Origin: Fidelibacterota bacterium
GTDB taxonomy: Bacteria > Fidelibacterota > UBA2242
Assembly: GCA_003527965.1 (NCBI GenBank)
Contig: DPVY01000086.1
Location: forward strand, 1 to 32,199
Direction of reading: 5' to 3'
Length of the DNA stretch: 32,199 nucleotides
Shown: positions 1 through 11,493 of the stretch, piece after piece
How positions within the stretch are numbered: the first letter of the stretch is position 1
Layout of the letters: the number at the start of each line of letters is the position of its first letter
Program-made: the position numbers and the translations under genes
Notes under the pieces: model-generated
The model's input: the letters and a program-made list of their open reading frames with translations, nothing else
Database searches by the model: none
Told to the model about the DNA's origin: nothing

Positions 1-60
1 CTATTGGTTAATTAAAATAAGAAAATATCTTTAATATTCTTATAACTATATTATTATCAA

Positions 61-2475
61 TTAGTTAATCGGGGATTTTGGGGTCTCCTCCCCTTCTCTT
101 TTTGAAAGCTTATTTGATAAATATGATTTATTCTTTTTTATTTCCTCTAATACATCCTTTGTTAATACTAAACTTAATACTTCGTCCATATGTTTCACGA
201 AATGGATTTTCATATTTTCTCTGATTTTCTTTTGTATGTCTTTGAAATCAGCACGGTTGCCTTCAGGAAATATGACTTCTCTTATTCCTTCACGATAAGC
301 AGCTAATATTTTTTCTTTAATTCCACCAACTGGAAGCACTTTTCCTTTAAGAGTTATTTCTCCGCTCGTTGCTATTTTTTTATTAATAGGGATTTCCGTA
401 ATAAGAGAAATAATTGCAGTGGCAATCGTTATCCCAGCAGAAGGTCCTTCTTTTGGAATGGCACCTTCAGGAACATGTATATGAATATCAAAATCCTTAT
501 GGAGAACATCTGTAATATCCCATTCATACATTTTTCCTCGCACAAAACTATATGAAGCTTGGGCAGACTCTTGCATGATTTCTCCGAGTTGACCTGTAAG
601 AATTAAATTTCCTTTTCCATGAACTTTTGTAACTTCAAAGGTTAAAAGTTCTCCTCCAAATTCTGTCCAGGCCATCCCTATTGCTACGCCAATTTCGTCT
701 TTTTTGTCGATATATATATGTTTATAGCGAGGAATGCCAAGATGTTTTTCAAGATTTTTTGGAGTAATTGTTTCTCTATAATCCATTCTTTTTGAAACAA
801 CCTTCTTGACGACTTTACGACAAATGCTTTTTATTTCCCGTTCTAAATTTCTAACTCCAGCTTCGCGCGTGTATTCTCTAATAATCTTTTTTAACGCCAT
901 ATCAGTCATTTTGAGGTTCTTGCTTTTAAGCCCATGTGCATTTATTTGTTTCGGAACAAGAAAATGTTTGGCTATCTGTAATTTTTCATCCTCAGTATAA
1001 CCAGGAATCCTGATTACCTCCATTCTGTCTAATAAAGGCCTTGGAATAGGTTCAACCATATTAGCTGTTACAATAAACATTACTTGAGAAAGATCAAAAT
1101 CTGTATCTATATAATGGTCTAAAAAAGTACTATTTTGTTCAGGATCCAGAACCTCCATCAATGCTGATGCAGGATCTCCGCGGAAATCCATGCTCATCTT
1201 GTCGACTTCGTCAAGCAGAAACACAGGATTTTTTGTTCCTGCTTTTTTAATCATCTGTATTATTCTTCCTGGGTAAGCTCCGATATAAGTCCTCCGATGG
1301 CCCCGGATTTCGGCTTCATCTCTTACTCCTCCTAAAGATAGACGTACGAATTTTCTTCCTGTTGCACGAGCTATAGAGCGACCTAAAGAACTCTTCCCTA
1401 CTCCAGGCGGTCCTACAAGTCCCAATATGATCCCTTTTGGATATTTTACGAGCTGGCGGATTGATAGATATTCCAAAATCCGTTCTTTGACTTTTTCCAA
1501 GGCATAATGGTCTTCATTTAGTATTTTTTCGGCTTCTTTGATGTCTCTTTTCTCTCTTGATTTTTTGTTCCACGGCAAAGAAATAAGCCAGTCAAGATAA
1601 TTCCTACAAACAGTTGCTTCTGCAGACATCGGAGGCATAGATTCTAACCGTTCGATTTCTTTATAAGCTTTCTCTTCAGCATCCTTGTGCATTTTTGCAT
1701 TGGCGACTTTTTCTTTGAGCTCTTCTATTTCATTTGGTTGGTCTTCTTTGTTGAAGCTTATTCCAGATGGAAAAACTTTTTGTTTTTGCCTGCGAAATGT
1801 TGCTTTATCAATAGGGCTCTTTTTGTCTTGTTTTCTAATTTTAGAATGAATCTTTAGAATCTCATTCTCCAAAACAAAGTTCAATCTACGTATTCGTTCC
1901 AAAGTATTTACAGTTTCCAAAAGATTCTGCTTCTCTTCTAAAGGAAGATAAAGATGAGAGGAAATAATATCTGCAACCCTTCCAATGCTATTATCTCTTA
2001 ATGCAGGAATTATTGACTCAAAATTTGTAGTTTGACTCAGCTTCAAATAATCTTCAAAAAGTGTTAAGACCCTTTTTAACATTTCTCTTGCTTCGATGCT
2101 ATCGTCTTCGATTTCCATGATTTCTTTGGCTAATACTTGGTAAAAAGGATAGGTGCTTAAATATTCAATAATCCGAGCTCTTTTCTTGCCTTCGACAATG
2201 ACTTTGATATTTTTGTTATCAATTTTAATAGCACGTACAACCTTTGATAAAACTCCCATAGCATGGATATCTTTGGGTCTTGGATCGTCTATTGATGGAT
2301 CAATTTGAGCTGAGAGAAATAATATTTTATCTTTTTCTATCGCTCTTTCTAACGCTTGAACAGAAGAAGAGCGCCCTATGATAAAAGGCACTAAAGTTGA
2401 AGGAAATACGACTAAATCCCTTAGAGGAATCAAAGGTATGTTTTCAATTATTTCAGAATCTTTTTTGTTTTGCAT
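61..2475 (-). CDS. lon: ATP-dependent Lon protease
   Basis: 804-aa ORF with an N-terminal Lon substrate-binding region, Walker [10 protein letters not shown] and the protease Ser motif PKEGPSAGI. Last gene of the tig-clpP-clpX-lon string. Confidence 0.95.
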   Translation of the reverse strand: MQNKKDSEIIENIPLIPLRDLVVFPSTLVPFIIGRSSSVQALERAIEKDKILFLSAQIDPSIDDPRPKDIHAMGVLSKVVRAIKIDNKNIKVIVEGKKRARIIEYLSTYPFYQVLAKEIMEIEDDSIEAREMLKRVLTLFEDYLKLSQTTNFESIIPALRDNSIGRVADIISSHLYLPLEEKQNLLETVNTLERIRRLNFVLENEILKIHSKIRKQDKKSPIDKATFRRQKQKVFPSGISFNKEDQPNEIEELKEKVANAKMHKDAEEKAYKEIERLESMPPMSAEATVCRNYLDWLISLPWNKKSREKRDIKEAEKILNEDHYALEKVKERILEYLSIRQLVKYPKGIILGLVGPPGVGKSSLGRSIARATGRKFVRLSLGGVRDEAEIRGHRRTYIGAYPGRIIQMIKKAGTKNPVFLLDEVDKMSMDFRGDPASALMEVLDPEQNSTFLDHYIDTDFDLSQVMFIVTANMVEPIPRPLLDRMEVIRIPGYTEDEKLQIAKHFLVPKQINAHGLKSKNLKMTDMALKKIIREYTREAGVRNLEREIKSICRKVVKKVVSKRMDYRETITPKNLEKHLGIPRYKHIYIDKKDEIGVAIGMAWTEFGGELLTFEVTKVHGKGNLILTGQLGEIMQESAQASYSFVRGKMYEWDITDVLHKDFDIHIHVPEGAIPKEGPSAGITIATAIISLITEIPINKKIATSGEITLKGKVLPVGGIKEKILAAYREGIREVIFPEGNRADFKDIQKKIRENMKIHFVKHMDEVLSLVLTKDVLEEIKKNKSYLSNKLSKREGEETPKSPIN

Positions 2476-2524
2476 ATAATGTTATACTCCAATGACTTTT
2501 CTATGAAAATCGAGCTGGTTTTTT

Positions 2525-3733
2525 TCAACCATTTTTTTTTGTTACTTTAATACTTGTGTCCTTCTTTATGGAAGGCAGATAAAACATAATATCTAGCATT
2601 AAATCTTCTATGATATTTCTAAGTCCTCGAGCTCCAAGTTTTTTTTCAATAGATTTTCGAGCAATTGCTGCAAGAGCTTCTCTTGTAAATTCTAACTTGA
2701 TTCCTTCCATTTGAAAAATTTTTTGATATTGTCTAATAATGGCGTTTTTTGGCTTAGTTAAAATATCTATAAGGTCTTTGACTGTGAGGTCAGAAAAGGT
2801 TGCTATAACAGGGATTCTGCCAACTAATTCAGGAATCATTCCATACTTGATTAAGTCCTGTGGAATTAAGTGGCTGAAAATCTCATCTAAAGATTCCTTC
2901 CTTTTTGTTTGAATCTCTGATTTGAATCCTACTGTAGATTTTCCGATTCTTTGGGCTATGATTTTTTCTAATCCTATGAAAGCCCCTCCGCAAATAAATA
3001 GGACGTTTGCAGTGTCAATCGGTATAAATTCTTGATAAGGATGTTTTCTCCCGCCTTGTGGAGGAATATTAGTTACAAATCCCTCAATTATTTTTAAAAG
3101 TGCCTGTTGTACTCCCTCGCCTGAAACATCTCTTGTGATTGATGGACTGTCGCTTTTCCTGCTAAGCTTATCAATTTCATCGATATAAATAATTCCTTTT
3201 TGCGTTTTCTCTATATTGCCTTTTGCAGATTGGAAAAGCTTTAAAATTATGTTCTCAACATCCTCACCCACATATCCTGCTTCAGTCAAAGATGTTGCGT
3301 CAGCAATCGCAAACGGAACAGAAAGAATTTTAGCGAGTGTCTGTGCCATTAAGGTTTTTCCAGTCCCTGTTGGCCCGATTAAAAGAATATTACTTTTTGT
3401 CAATTCTACATCATCGATTTCATTTCCGAAAGATATTCGCTTGTAATGGTTATACACAGCTACAGAGATTTTCTTTTTCGCCTGGTCTTGCCCAATAATG
3501 TATTCATCTAAGGCACGTTTGATTTCAGCAGGAGAAGTAGATTTTGAACGCTCGATTTTTTTATTGTTTTCTTTTTTTTCTGAAAAGATAATCGAATGAG
3601 CAAGTTCAACACAGTTATCACATATATAAACTCCACCCGGGCCCGCAATCAGCTTTTGCACCATGGATTGATGCCTGTTGCAAAAATTACACTTTTCGGT
3701 TGCGTTCGATTTTTTCTCTTGGTAATTGTCCAT
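2525..3733 (-). CDS. clpX: ATP-dependent Clp protease ATP-binding subunit ClpX
   Basis: 402 aa. N-terminal C4 zinc ribbon (CNFCN...CDNC), Walker A GPTGTGKT, typical ClpX core. Follows clpP. Confidence 0.95.
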   Translation of the reverse strand: MDNYQEKKSNATEKCNFCNRHQSMVQKLIAGPGGVYICDNCVELAHSIIFSEKKENNKKIERSKSTSPAEIKRALDEYIIGQDQAKKKISVAVYNHYKRISFGNEIDDVELTKSNILLIGPTGTGKTLMAQTLAKILSVPFAIADATSLTEAGYVGEDVENIILKLFQSAKGNIEKTQKGIIYIDEIDKLSRKSDSPSITRDVSGEGVQQALLKIIEGFVTNIPPQGGRKHPYQEFIPIDTANVLFICGGAFIGLEKIIAQRIGKSTVGFKSEIQTKRKESLDEIFSHLIPQDLIKYGMIPELVGRIPVIATFSDLTVKDLIDILTKPKNAIIRQYQKIFQMEGIKLEFTREALAAIARKSIEKKLGARGLRNIIEDLMLDIMFYLPSIKKDTSIKVTKKNG

Positions 3734-3784
3734 GGTTATCTATTAAACCTTGTTATTTCTTATATTAAAATAAAATCAATATGA

Positions 3785-4381
3785 CTATTTTATTGAACTT
3801 TCCCTTGTTTTAATTATTGAATCGATAATTCCGTATTCCTGGGCTTGCTTGGGCGTCATGATGAAATCTCTTTTTATGTCTTCCTGGATTTTATCCTTTG
3901 GTTGATGTGTATGCTTTGATAAAATTTGATTTATATTCTCCCTGATCCTGATGATTTCATTAGCTTGAATCGCAATATCTGCGGCCTGGCCTTTGAACTC
4001 TCCAAATGGCTGGTGGAGAATAATCCTTGCATTAGGAAGAGAGAAGCGTTTTCCTTTAGTTCCTGCAGAAAGCAGCACGGCTGCCATGCTTGCAGCCTGT
4101 CCCACACAGATTGTAGTGATATCAGAGCTTATGAATTGCATAGTATCATAAATCGCTAACCCTGCAGTGATACTTCCTCCTGGGGAATTAATATACAGGG
4201 AAATTTCCTTATCTGATTTATCGGCTTCAAGGTACAAGAGTTGTGCAATAACAGAGTTTGCAACATCATCATTGATTTCAGCTCCTACGAAAATAATATT
4301 GTCTTTAAGAAGTCTTGAATATATATCATATGCGCGCTCGCTTTTTCCTTCTTGTTCAACAATAAAGGGGATTAATGTCAT
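3785..4381 (-). CDS. clpP: ATP-dependent Clp protease proteolytic subunit ClpP
   Basis: 198 aa. ClpP signatures GQAASMAA (Ser nucleophile context) and ILHQP (His). Lies 7 nt downstream of tig. Confidence 0.95.
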   Translation of the reverse strand: MTLIPFIVEQEGKSERAYDIYSRLLKDNIIFVGAEINDDVANSVIAQLLYLEADKSDKEISLYINSPGGSITAGLAIYDTMQFISSDITTICVGQAASMAAVLLSAGTKGKRFSLPNARIILHQPFGEFKGQAADIAIQANEIIRIRENINQILSKHTHQPKDKIQEDIKRDFIMTPKQAQEYGIIDSIIKTRESSIK

Positions 4382-4388
4382 CAGATAT

Positions 4389-5660
4389 TTATTCCTCTAT
4401 TATAGTTGATTCCATTAAAAAGTCAACTACCTTCCTGAGAAGAAGGTTGTTGCGCAGGTCATATATTTTCCCATCTTTCTCAAAGTTTTCTTTTACTTTT
4501 TCAACTGATAAATTATTGGCATGGGCAATTTTATTTAATTCGTCGTTCAATTCATTTTCAGAGACTTGTAGATTTTCTTTTTGGGCAATCTTTGTCAGAA
4601 TTAAGTGGTTTTTGATGTTATTTACAGCTTTTTTTCTTACTTCAGTTTTTAAATTTTCAAGCTCCTTAGGTTTTATGCCCTGCTTTTGTAGTGTAGAAAG
4701 GTATTGCCTCAAAATAGATATATATTCTTGTTCCACAAGAGATTCTGGAAGCTCAATAATAACCTTATCTGCAAGTTTCTGCATAAGTTCCTCAGCCATT
4801 GATCTTTTTATAGTGTTTTTCTTTGAAGCCAAAAGCTCTTCCTTAATTTTTGATTTAAGAGACATTAAGTCTTTGTATTCTCCAAATTCCTTTGCAAAAT
4901 CATCATTGATCTCTGGAAGTTTTCTTTCTTTTACGGAAAGAACCTTTAAATTGTATTCAATGCCTTTCCCAGTTAATTTTTTATTTGGATGGTCTTCATT
5001 ATAATTTATGACAAAGTTTTTTTGTTCATTGAGTTTCATTCCCAAAATATTTTCATTTAATACTTTTTCATTTTCATGATGTCCAGCAAGAACCACAACT
5101 TTTTCAGAAGGAAGAAATTTTTTTGATTTAATGTCTCTTCCCTGGATTTCTATAACAACATAATCATCATTGACTACTCCCCTCCCCTCAATAGGAACAT
5201 ATTGAGCCAATCTATATTGAAGATCTTTTAAGGCCTGATTGATTTCTGCTTGAGTCACAGAAGCCTGCTTCTTTTTTATTGTGATCTTTTTATAGTCAGG
5301 AAGGTTAAATTCTGGTAAAACCTCAAATTCAGCTTTAAAAACAAGGGGTTTGCCATGTTCAATAGATAAACTATTAATCACAGGATTCCCAACAGGGCTG
5401 ATATCTTTTGCATGAATCTCCGTCTCTAATGCTTTCGGGACAAGAGAGTTTGTGACAGATTCCTGTATTTCCTGATAATACATCCTTTTGACAATATCTT
5501 TAGGAGCTTTTCCTTGACGAAATCCTCGAATTTTCACACTGTTAGCATACCTATCTAAAACCTTATCAAATTCCTGTATGACACTATCTGCAGAAATTTC
5601 AACCTCAATTTCCCTTTTACATTCGCCTGTTTTTTTTATTTCGCTTTTGACTATATCCAT
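4389..5660 (-). CDS. tig: trigger factor
   Basis: 423 aa. N-terminal ribosome-binding signature GFRQGKAP and a central FKBP-like segment. Conserved tig-clpP-clpX synteny. Confidence 0.9.
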   Translation of the reverse strand: MDIVKSEIKKTGECKREIEVEISADSVIQEFDKVLDRYANSVKIRGFRQGKAPKDIVKRMYYQEIQESVTNSLVPKALETEIHAKDISPVGNPVINSLSIEHGKPLVFKAEFEVLPEFNLPDYKKITIKKKQASVTQAEINQALKDLQYRLAQYVPIEGRGVVNDDYVVIEIQGRDIKSKKFLPSEKVVVLAGHHENEKVLNENILGMKLNEQKNFVINYNEDHPNKKLTGKGIEYNLKVLSVKERKLPEINDDFAKEFGEYKDLMSLKSKIKEELLASKKNTIKRSMAEELMQKLADKVIIELPESLVEQEYISILRQYLSTLQKQGIKPKELENLKTEVRKKAVNNIKNHLILTKIAQKENLQVSENELNDELNKIAHANNLSVEKVKENFEKDGKIYDLRNNLLLRKVVDFLMESTIIEE

Positions 5661-5691
5661 TAATATTTCCTCATTTCCAAATTATATAAAA

Positions 5692-5776
5692 TGGGCAGAG
5701 CGGGACTCGAACCCGCACTCCTTTATCAGGAACTAGGTCCTAAGCCTAGCGTGTATACCAATTTCACCACTCTGGC
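5692..5776 (-). tRNA. tRNA-Leu (anticodon TAG), class II with long variable arm; acceptor stem pairs poorly by hand
   Basis: Minus strand reads GCCAGAG TG GTGAAATTGGTATACAC G CTAGG CTTAGGA CCTAG TTCCTGATAAAGGAGT GCGGG TTCGAGT CCCGC TCTGCCC A. The D, anticodon, variable and T arms are canonical. The 5' GCCAGAG and 3' TCTGCCC strands do not pair well (see findings). Confidence 0.75.
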
Positions 5777-5780
5777 AAAT

Positions 5781-5843
5781 AGCGCCGGCGGGCAGGTCTG
5801 CTCCCAAGGGGATCTCCGTTGAGACAATTCCGCCACCGCGGCT
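5781..5843 (-). other. GC-rich structured spacer carrying an 18-nt mimic of a class-II tRNA 5' half
   Basis: Minus strand 5842 to 5825 reads GCCGCGGTGGCGGAATTG (acceptor strand + TG + D-arm pattern). It is followed by small hairpins UCUC-AACG-GAGA and UCCC-CUU-GGGA and closed by GGCGG/CCGCC pairing. A T7 run on the minus strand precedes it (5844-5850). Confidence 0.4.
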
Positions 5844-6034
5844 AAAAAAACACTTTAATTTAAAAAATCTATCCAATTTTCAAAGCGCTGTTACATCGAT
5901 TCTTCTATATGTAAAACATGCGTTACAAATTACTTTATCTACTTCAGGTGAACCATTTTAACCGTCTTGATAAAATCCCCGATTCCGCAGGATTGCCTTC
6001 CTGATCACGCTCCCTAAATAATATTTGGCTGATC

Positions 6035-9000
6035 TTAAGCTTCGGCGCCATGACATTTTTTGTATTTTTTGCCACTACCACAGGGGCAGGGATCATTTCG
6101 CCCTATTTTAGGATCGACGTGGATAGGTTTGAGTTTACGAGGTCGGTTGTCGCCGGTCGATTGTTCCTGTGCTGACGGAGCCAGCCCCATACCTAATGAA
6201 TCCTGGTGAATCATTTGAACGGGCAATGCCCGACGCAGTCCGTGAGGCTCCGGTTGCGCACCTCTTATCTGTGCTCTGAAACAGATCTTCAGGGTCTGTT
6301 TGTTTATTTCATCTATCACGTTAACAAAGGCTTTATATGCTTCGCTTTTATACTCTAGCAGGGGATCTTTTTGTCCGTAGGCGCGCCAGTTAATCCCCTC
6401 TTTTAACTGATCCATGGCATAAAGATGATCCCGCCACTTTTCATCTATTGTCCGCAGGGTAACAAATTTTTCAAGGTAGCGAATTTGTTCTTCGCCGAAA
6501 TATTGTTCTCGACGATTGTAATAATCAACTGCCCGATCAATGATAACCTGCCGGACATTCTCTTCTGAGGCATCGGATAATTCCTGAAGACGAATGTCAA
6601 TACCCAGCGTGTTATTCAGTTCGCTCCGCAGTCCTTCCCAATCCCACTCCTCCGGCAATAGTTTTGGATCGGTGTACTCCTCAACTAACTCACCGGACCA
6701 ATCTTCCAAAATTTCAAGAATCTCTTCCTTGATATTCTCTTCCTTCAGGGAATAATTACGGCGGTCATAAATGATCTCCCGCTGCTGGCTCATCACATCG
6801 TCATACTCAAGCAGATGTTTCCGGATACTGAAGTTCCGACCTTCGACTTTCTTCTGCGCCCGTTCTATCGACCGCGTTACCATGGGATGAGTAATCACCT
6901 GCCCCTCTTCGATCCCCATGCGGTCCATTATAGACGCAATTCGTTCAGAATTAAAGAGGCGCATTAAGTCATCTTCGAGAGACAGGAAAAACCGGGATGC
7001 TCCGGGATCGCCCTGCCGTCCGCTGCGACCGCGCAGCTGGAGATCAATCCGGCGAGATTCATGCCGCTCGGTTCCAATGATATATAAACCACCCAGCTCT
7101 TTCACGCCCTGTCCGAGTTTAATATCAGTCCCGCGACCGGCCATATTAGTTGCAATTGTTAGTGCCTGTTTTTCACCGGCACGGGCAACAATCTCCGCTT
7201 CCCGCTGGTGTTGTTTGGCATTCAATACATTATGAGTGATGCTGCGCCGCTTCAGCATCCGACTGATTGTTTCGGAAACTTCAACGCTAACCGTGCCCAC
7301 AAGAACCGGCTGACCATGGTGGTAGGCATCTTCAATTTCATTTAGGATCGCGTTATATTTTTCGCGTCGTGTTTTATAAACCTGATCCTCGTGATCATCA
7401 CGAATACAGGGTTCATTTGTTGGAATAACAACCACGCCGAGTTTATAAATATCATCAAATTCGGCTGATTCCGTCTCGGCGGTACCGGTCATACCGGCCA
7501 GTTTATCGTACATACGGAAGTAATTCTGAATAGTAATCGTGGCAAAGGTCTGGGTTTCCGCCTCAACTTTAACCTTTTCCTTAGCCTCAATAGCCTGATG
7601 AAGCCCGTCACTATAGCGGCGCCCCGGCAATATCCTGCCGGTAAACTCATCGACGATTAAAACCTTACCACCCTGAACAACATATTCTACGTCTTTTTCA
7701 TATAAAACGTGTGCCCGCAATAACTGGGCAATATTATGAAAACGGTCCGATATTTCCGAATGAACTACATCCAGCTCCATTTTCCTTTTCTCTTTTTCGG
7801 CGTCGCTTAAAGATATATCTTCATCTATTGTAACAAATTCTTCCGCCAGATCGGGGACCACCAGATCATTCACCGGAACACCCAGCAAGACTGCAAGTTT
7901 CTCTTCGCCTCGCGGCGTCAAGGTGATATTATGCTGCTTTTCTTCAATATAATAATACAAATCCTCAAAAAACTCATCCTGACTGATAGATGTTCCTGCT
8001 TTGGCATTGGTAAGCAACAGAAACTCTCTTTCACCGGATTGTAAGAGTCGCTGATAGGCGGCATCTTCCAGCAATTTCCGCAGCCGTCTGTTTTTCGGCA
8101 TGCCCTGGGAAGCGATATATAGTTTACGGGCGCTTTCTTCAGAGTTTTTGATTTCCTCAAAATTATCAGGCAATTGCGATAATATTTCGGTGACTTTGTC
8201 ACGCTGCAAACGAACCAGGGTGGCAATTGCAGGGTTTAATTTATCGTACTTCTCATGCCCTGAACTGGATACAGGACCGGAAATAATTAATGGCGTCCGG
8301 GCTTCATCTATTAAAATATTATCAACTTCATCTACGATACAATAATAATATTCCCGTTGAACCTGATCTTCAGCAGCAATCGCCATATTATCCCGCAGAT
8401 AGTCAAAGCCGAATTCATTGTTTGTACCATAGGTTATATCCATATTGTACATTTCTTTTCGTTCCCGACTATCCATGCTATTCAGGATACAACCAACCGT
8501 CAGCCCCAGCTCGGTATAAATCCGCCCCATCCATTGGCTGTCACGCTGCGCCAGATAATCGTTCACTGTAACGAGGTGGACGCCCCTGCCGGTCAGGGCA
8601 TTCAAATATACGGGTAATGTTGCTACCAGGGTTTTACCTTCACCGGTTTTCATCTCGGCAATTTTTCCCTGGTGTAATACAACGCCGCCAATGAGCTGAA
8701 CATCGTAAGGAATCATTTCCCATAGAGTTTTCTGACCTGCCACAGTCCATTCCTGACCTACCAATCGCCGGCAGACCTCTTTGACCATAGCAAAAGCTTC
8801 CGGCAGAATCTCATCCAACATCTCCTGTTCGGCTTTAATGACCGCTTTGTGCTTTTCAGCCCGAGTCATATTCGAATTTTCGAGATCTGCCTCTCTGCCC
8901 TTGCGAACCTCCTGCAGCATGGCTTTAAATTCATCCGTCCGTTGACGTAGCTTTTCTATCGGGACATCTTCCAAAGAAGCATATATACCGTTAATCTCTG

Positions 9001-9079
9001 CGACCAGAGGCATAATTTTTTTTATTTCTCTTCCTGAAGCAGTGCCAAATATTGATGTTAAGAACGATCCGATACTCAT
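6035..9079 (-). CDS. secA: preprotein translocase ATPase SecA
   Basis: 1014 aa. Motor motifs MKTGEGKTL and DEVD, and the C-terminal zinc-binding tail [14 protein letters not shown]. Confidence 0.97.
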   Translation of the reverse strand: MSIGSFLTSIFGTASGREIKKIMPLVAEINGIYASLEDVPIEKLRQRTDEFKAMLQEVRKGREADLENSNMTRAEKHKAVIKAEQEMLDEILPEAFAMVKEVCRRLVGQEWTVAGQKTLWEMIPYDVQLIGGVVLHQGKIAEMKTGEGKTLVATLPVYLNALTGRGVHLVTVNDYLAQRDSQWMGRIYTELGLTVGCILNSMDSRERKEMYNMDITYGTNNEFGFDYLRDNMAIAAEDQVQREYYYCIVDEVDNILIDEARTPLIISGPVSSSGHEKYDKLNPAIATLVRLQRDKVTEILSQLPDNFEEIKNSEESARKLYIASQGMPKNRRLRKLLEDAAYQRLLQSGEREFLLLTNAKAGTSISQDEFFEDLYYYIEEKQHNITLTPRGEEKLAVLLGVPVNDLVVPDLAEEFVTIDEDISLSDAEKEKRKMELDVVHSEISDRFHNIAQLLRAHVLYEKDVEYVVQGGKVLIVDEFTGRILPGRRYSDGLHQAIEAKEKVKVEAETQTFATITIQNYFRMYDKLAGMTGTAETESAEFDDIYKLGVVVIPTNEPCIRDDHEDQVYKTRREKYNAILNEIEDAYHHGQPVLVGTVSVEVSETISRMLKRRSITHNVLNAKQHQREAEIVARAGEKQALTIATNMAGRGTDIKLGQGVKELGGLYIIGTERHESRRIDLQLRGRSGRQGDPGASRFFLSLEDDLMRLFNSERIASIMDRMGIEEGQVITHPMVTRSIERAQKKVEGRNFSIRKHLLEYDDVMSQQREIIYDRRNYSLKEENIKEEILEILEDWSGELVEEYTDPKLLPEEWDWEGLRSELNNTLGIDIRLQELSDASEENVRQVIIDRAVDYYNRREQYFGEEQIRYLEKFVTLRTIDEKWRDHLYAMDQLKEGINWRAYGQKDPLLEYKSEAYKAFVNVIDEINKQTLKICFRAQIRGAQPEPHGLRRALPVQMIHQDSLGMGLAPSAQEQSTGDNRPRKLKPIHVDPKIGRNDPCPCGSGKKYKKCHGAEA

Positions 9080-9216
9080 AATTTTCCAGGGTTTAGATTA
9101 TGTTCAAAATCATTGTTTTATGATCTCATTTACAAAACAATTAAAGATTCACCAAAAATCCCTCACCATTCAGCCGGACTTGGTTTTTGGGCAATGGAAT
9201 GATCAATTTAATTCTA

Positions 9217-9642
9217 TTACTTATCGGGTTTTTTTTCCATTATTAAGTGCAGGACAGCATCCAGAATACCATTTACAAATGCGCTGCTGTCATCGGTGGA
9301 ATATTTTTTGGCAATCTCAATTGCCTCGGAAATCGACACCTTTGGCGGAATATCTTCAAAATACAAAAATTCACTGATCGCCATCCTAATAATCAATCGG
9401 TCAATAATGGCAATCCGATCGAAATCCCAATTTTCCGATTTGGCTTTTATATAGTCGTCTAACTCTTTTTTATGAAGTGTCGCCGATTTAAAGATTTCAC
9501 CGGCAAAGGATTTTAAATCGTCAGAAAGTTCTTCAGATTTATCAATTATATCGGCTGCAACGGTTTTAATATTATCGCCGGATAGTTCCTGGGCATATAT
9601 AGCCTGCAGGGCTACTTCACGTGCGAGTCGTCTTTCTCTCAT
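9217..9642 (-). CDS. nusB: transcription antitermination factor NusB
   Basis: About 141 aa with the typical N-terminus RRLAREVALQAIYA. I prefer the ATG at 9640-9642 over the upstream TTG used by the ORF track. Confidence 0.85.
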   Translation of the reverse strand: MRERRLAREVALQAIYAQELSGDNIKTVAADIIDKSEELSDDLKSFAGEIFKSATLHKKELDDYIKAKSENWDFDRIAIIDRLIIRMAISEFLYFEDIPPKVSISEAIEIAKKYSTDDSSAFVNGILDAVLHLIMEKKPDK

Positions 9643-9874
9643 TTTCAACAAACCTTTTACAATAACAAAAAACTTCCATGCTAATTTACATCTTTTTTTT
9701 CATCTAAGACACAATTAAATCAGGAATAATTAAAACCCGAGGGGTTTTGAGCATAAATCTCCATTAATTTTTTCAAAATTTTCTATCTATAGTTGTAAAA
9801 TTGTTTAAATTTCCGGTCGTACGATCTTTAAATTCATAGGGAGAACTAACTAACTAAAATTAAAAGGAGAATTC

Positions 9875-10675
9875 ATGAACTTCTATCGCCGTACATCTAA
9901 AGGATTGAAGATAACTGAATCCGTAAAGGATATCTTTTCCACCTGGAAAGATGGAGAAAAATGGCTGTTCATCGGACCCCATGATGACGATATTTTACTA
10001 GGTTCCGGTCTGTTACTCCAGGCAGCTTTAAAATCCGGCATTGATGTGTATGCGCTCATTGCGACAGATGGTCGGATGGGATATTGCACACCGGACCAGG
10101 AAAAAACCATTAGCGAAATCCGCAAAGCGGAAACCAAAGAAGCCTTCAAAATCATTGGCATGCCACTGGAAAAAGTCTTTTTCGCCGATTTTCCAGATTG
10201 TGATACCGGTTCATATCTGGGACGCCGTAAAGCCAAAGAAGGCGATCCCGACATTAAAGGCTATACGGGCTTGCAAAATGCCTTTACATATTATCTGCGA
10301 AAAGTACGTCCGGGGCGAGTTTTTCTGCCTACCGGCTCCGACCTGCATACCGACCATAAACTGGTTTACCAGGAACTCCTGATTTCCCTTTTTCATGCCG
10401 GTGGCGATATCTGGCCGGAACTGGGTGAAGCCCTGACATGGACACCCTGGCCTTACGAATTTTCGGTTTATTGCGATTTCCCAAGTGCTCCCAAGATCAA
10501 GGTAATGGCGGATGATGATATTTTTCAGAAAAAACTGGCTTGCGTTCAGGCCTATAAATCACAACGGCAGATTGCCTCGTTGGTTGAAACGCTGAAAGCC
10601 GGCGGTCCGATTGAATATTACCGCCCCGCAGACATCGCGTTTTATCATCCTGAAAATCACATCGCGTTGTTTTAA
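9875..10675 (+). CDS. PIG-L/LmbE-family N-acetylglucosaminyl deacetylase
   Basis: 266 aa. Family signatures GPHDDD (variant of AHPDD) and HTDH (HxDH). RBS AAGGAG lies 5 nt upstream of the ATG. Confidence 0.75.
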   Translation: MNFYRRTSKGLKITESVKDIFSTWKDGEKWLFIGPHDDDILLGSGLLLQAALKSGIDVYALIATDGRMGYCTPDQEKTISEIRKAETKEAFKIIGMPLEKVFFADFPDCDTGSYLGRRKAKEGDPDIKGYTGLQNAFTYYLRKVRPGRVFLPTGSDLHTDHKLVYQELLISLFHAGGDIWPELGEALTWTPWPYEFSVYCDFPSAPKIKVMADDDIFQKKLACVQAYKSQRQIASLVETLKAGGPIEYYRPADIAFYHPENHIALF

Positions 10676-10698
10676 TTTATCATAAAGGGATTCAGGCG

Positions 10699-11484
10699 AT
10701 GAATCAGACAGCCCAATTGCGTCATTTCTCTCAATCTCAAAAAGAGAGGCGGATTCTGTTTTGCGGTGACGACGATCTGGACCGCGCAGCGGTGTATCTT
10801 GCTGCCATTTTGGATGAACAGAATTACGCTTTTGACTATATACCTTCAGCTCTGAAATTCCCCGATGACCTGCAATTACATCGGTACCGGCTTGTTATTC
10901 TCAGCGATTATCCGCGGATAAACATTTCTGATCACCAGCTGACATTAATTGAGCAGTTCGTTCGGTATGGCGGTCATATTCTGATGATCGGCGGCTGGGA
11001 ATCCTTCACCGGTCTGCAAAATGAATACAACGGCACAATTCTGCGCAATGTGCTGCCGGTCGAAATGCTGGCATCCGATGATCGGGTCAATCTGTCACAG
11101 GGTTGCGTCGTTCTACCCTCGGCAGATCAGCATCCCGTGATTGAGAATATTGACTGGAATCGTCCCGGAATCATCGGGGGATACAATCGGCTCATTCCCA
11201 AAAACGGTTCGGCTATTATATTAAAAGGAAAACATCTGTCAATTACAGCCGGAAACCATCCCCAGGTCACTGTAAATAAAGATGAAATTCCGCTGCTGGT
11301 TGAAGGTTCTTATCATAACGGGAAAACCGGAGCCTTAGCCTTTGACCTGGCGCCACACTGGATCGGGGGACTGGTTGATTGGGGGGATCAGCGCAAACGG
11401 ATCGACTTCAATGATACATTCATCGAAGTCGGCTATTTTTATTATCGTCTTGTATCCAATCTGATTGCATATTTCTATAATTAG
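10699..11484 (+). CDS. class-I glutamine-amidotransferase-like (ThuA/DUF1355-like) protein, function unknown
   Basis: 261 aa. The pattern LVILSDYP...GGHILMIGGWESFTG resembles non-catalytic GATase1-like folds. The assignment is from memory only. Confidence 0.4.
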   Translation: MNQTAQLRHFSQSQKERRILFCGDDDLDRAAVYLAAILDEQNYAFDYIPSALKFPDDLQLHRYRLVILSDYPRINISDHQLTLIEQFVRYGGHILMIGGWESFTGLQNEYNGTILRNVLPVEMLASDDRVNLSQGCVVLPSADQHPVIENIDWNRPGIIGGYNRLIPKNGSAIILKGKHLSITAGNHPQVTVNKDEIPLLVEGSYHNGKTGALAFDLAPHWIGGLVDWGDQRKRIDFNDTFIEVGYFYYRLVSNLIAYFYN

Positions 11485-11493
11485 GAGAAACTC

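Noticed and set aside
4375-5004. 209-aa plus-strand ORF, and many similar ORFs (806-1000, 3216-3446, 6918-7235, 7918-8617, 9883-10396, 11819-12490, 12721-13611, 13758-14386, 15513-16617, 19274-19841, 20229-21328, 21876-22195, 23995-24769, 25746-26075, 27100-27804).
   Set aside because: All lie antisense or out of frame inside long ORFs with clear family identity. Their products are low-complexity (Ser/Phe/Leu/Arg-rich) and have no motifs.
5781-5843. Possible small SRP (4.5S) RNA, because of a ...UCC-loop-GGGAGCAG... resemblance to helix 8.
   Set aside because: The loop is CCUU, not GNAR. The 5' side lacks the conserved AGG of the symmetric loop. The flanks do not form the long closing helix, and the element is too short.
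9732-9748. AAAACCC-GAG-GGGTTTT hairpin between the divergent nusB and PIG-L genes.
   Set aside because: The stem is short and AT-rich, and it sits in a divergent promoter region where a terminator has no role. Probably fortuitous.
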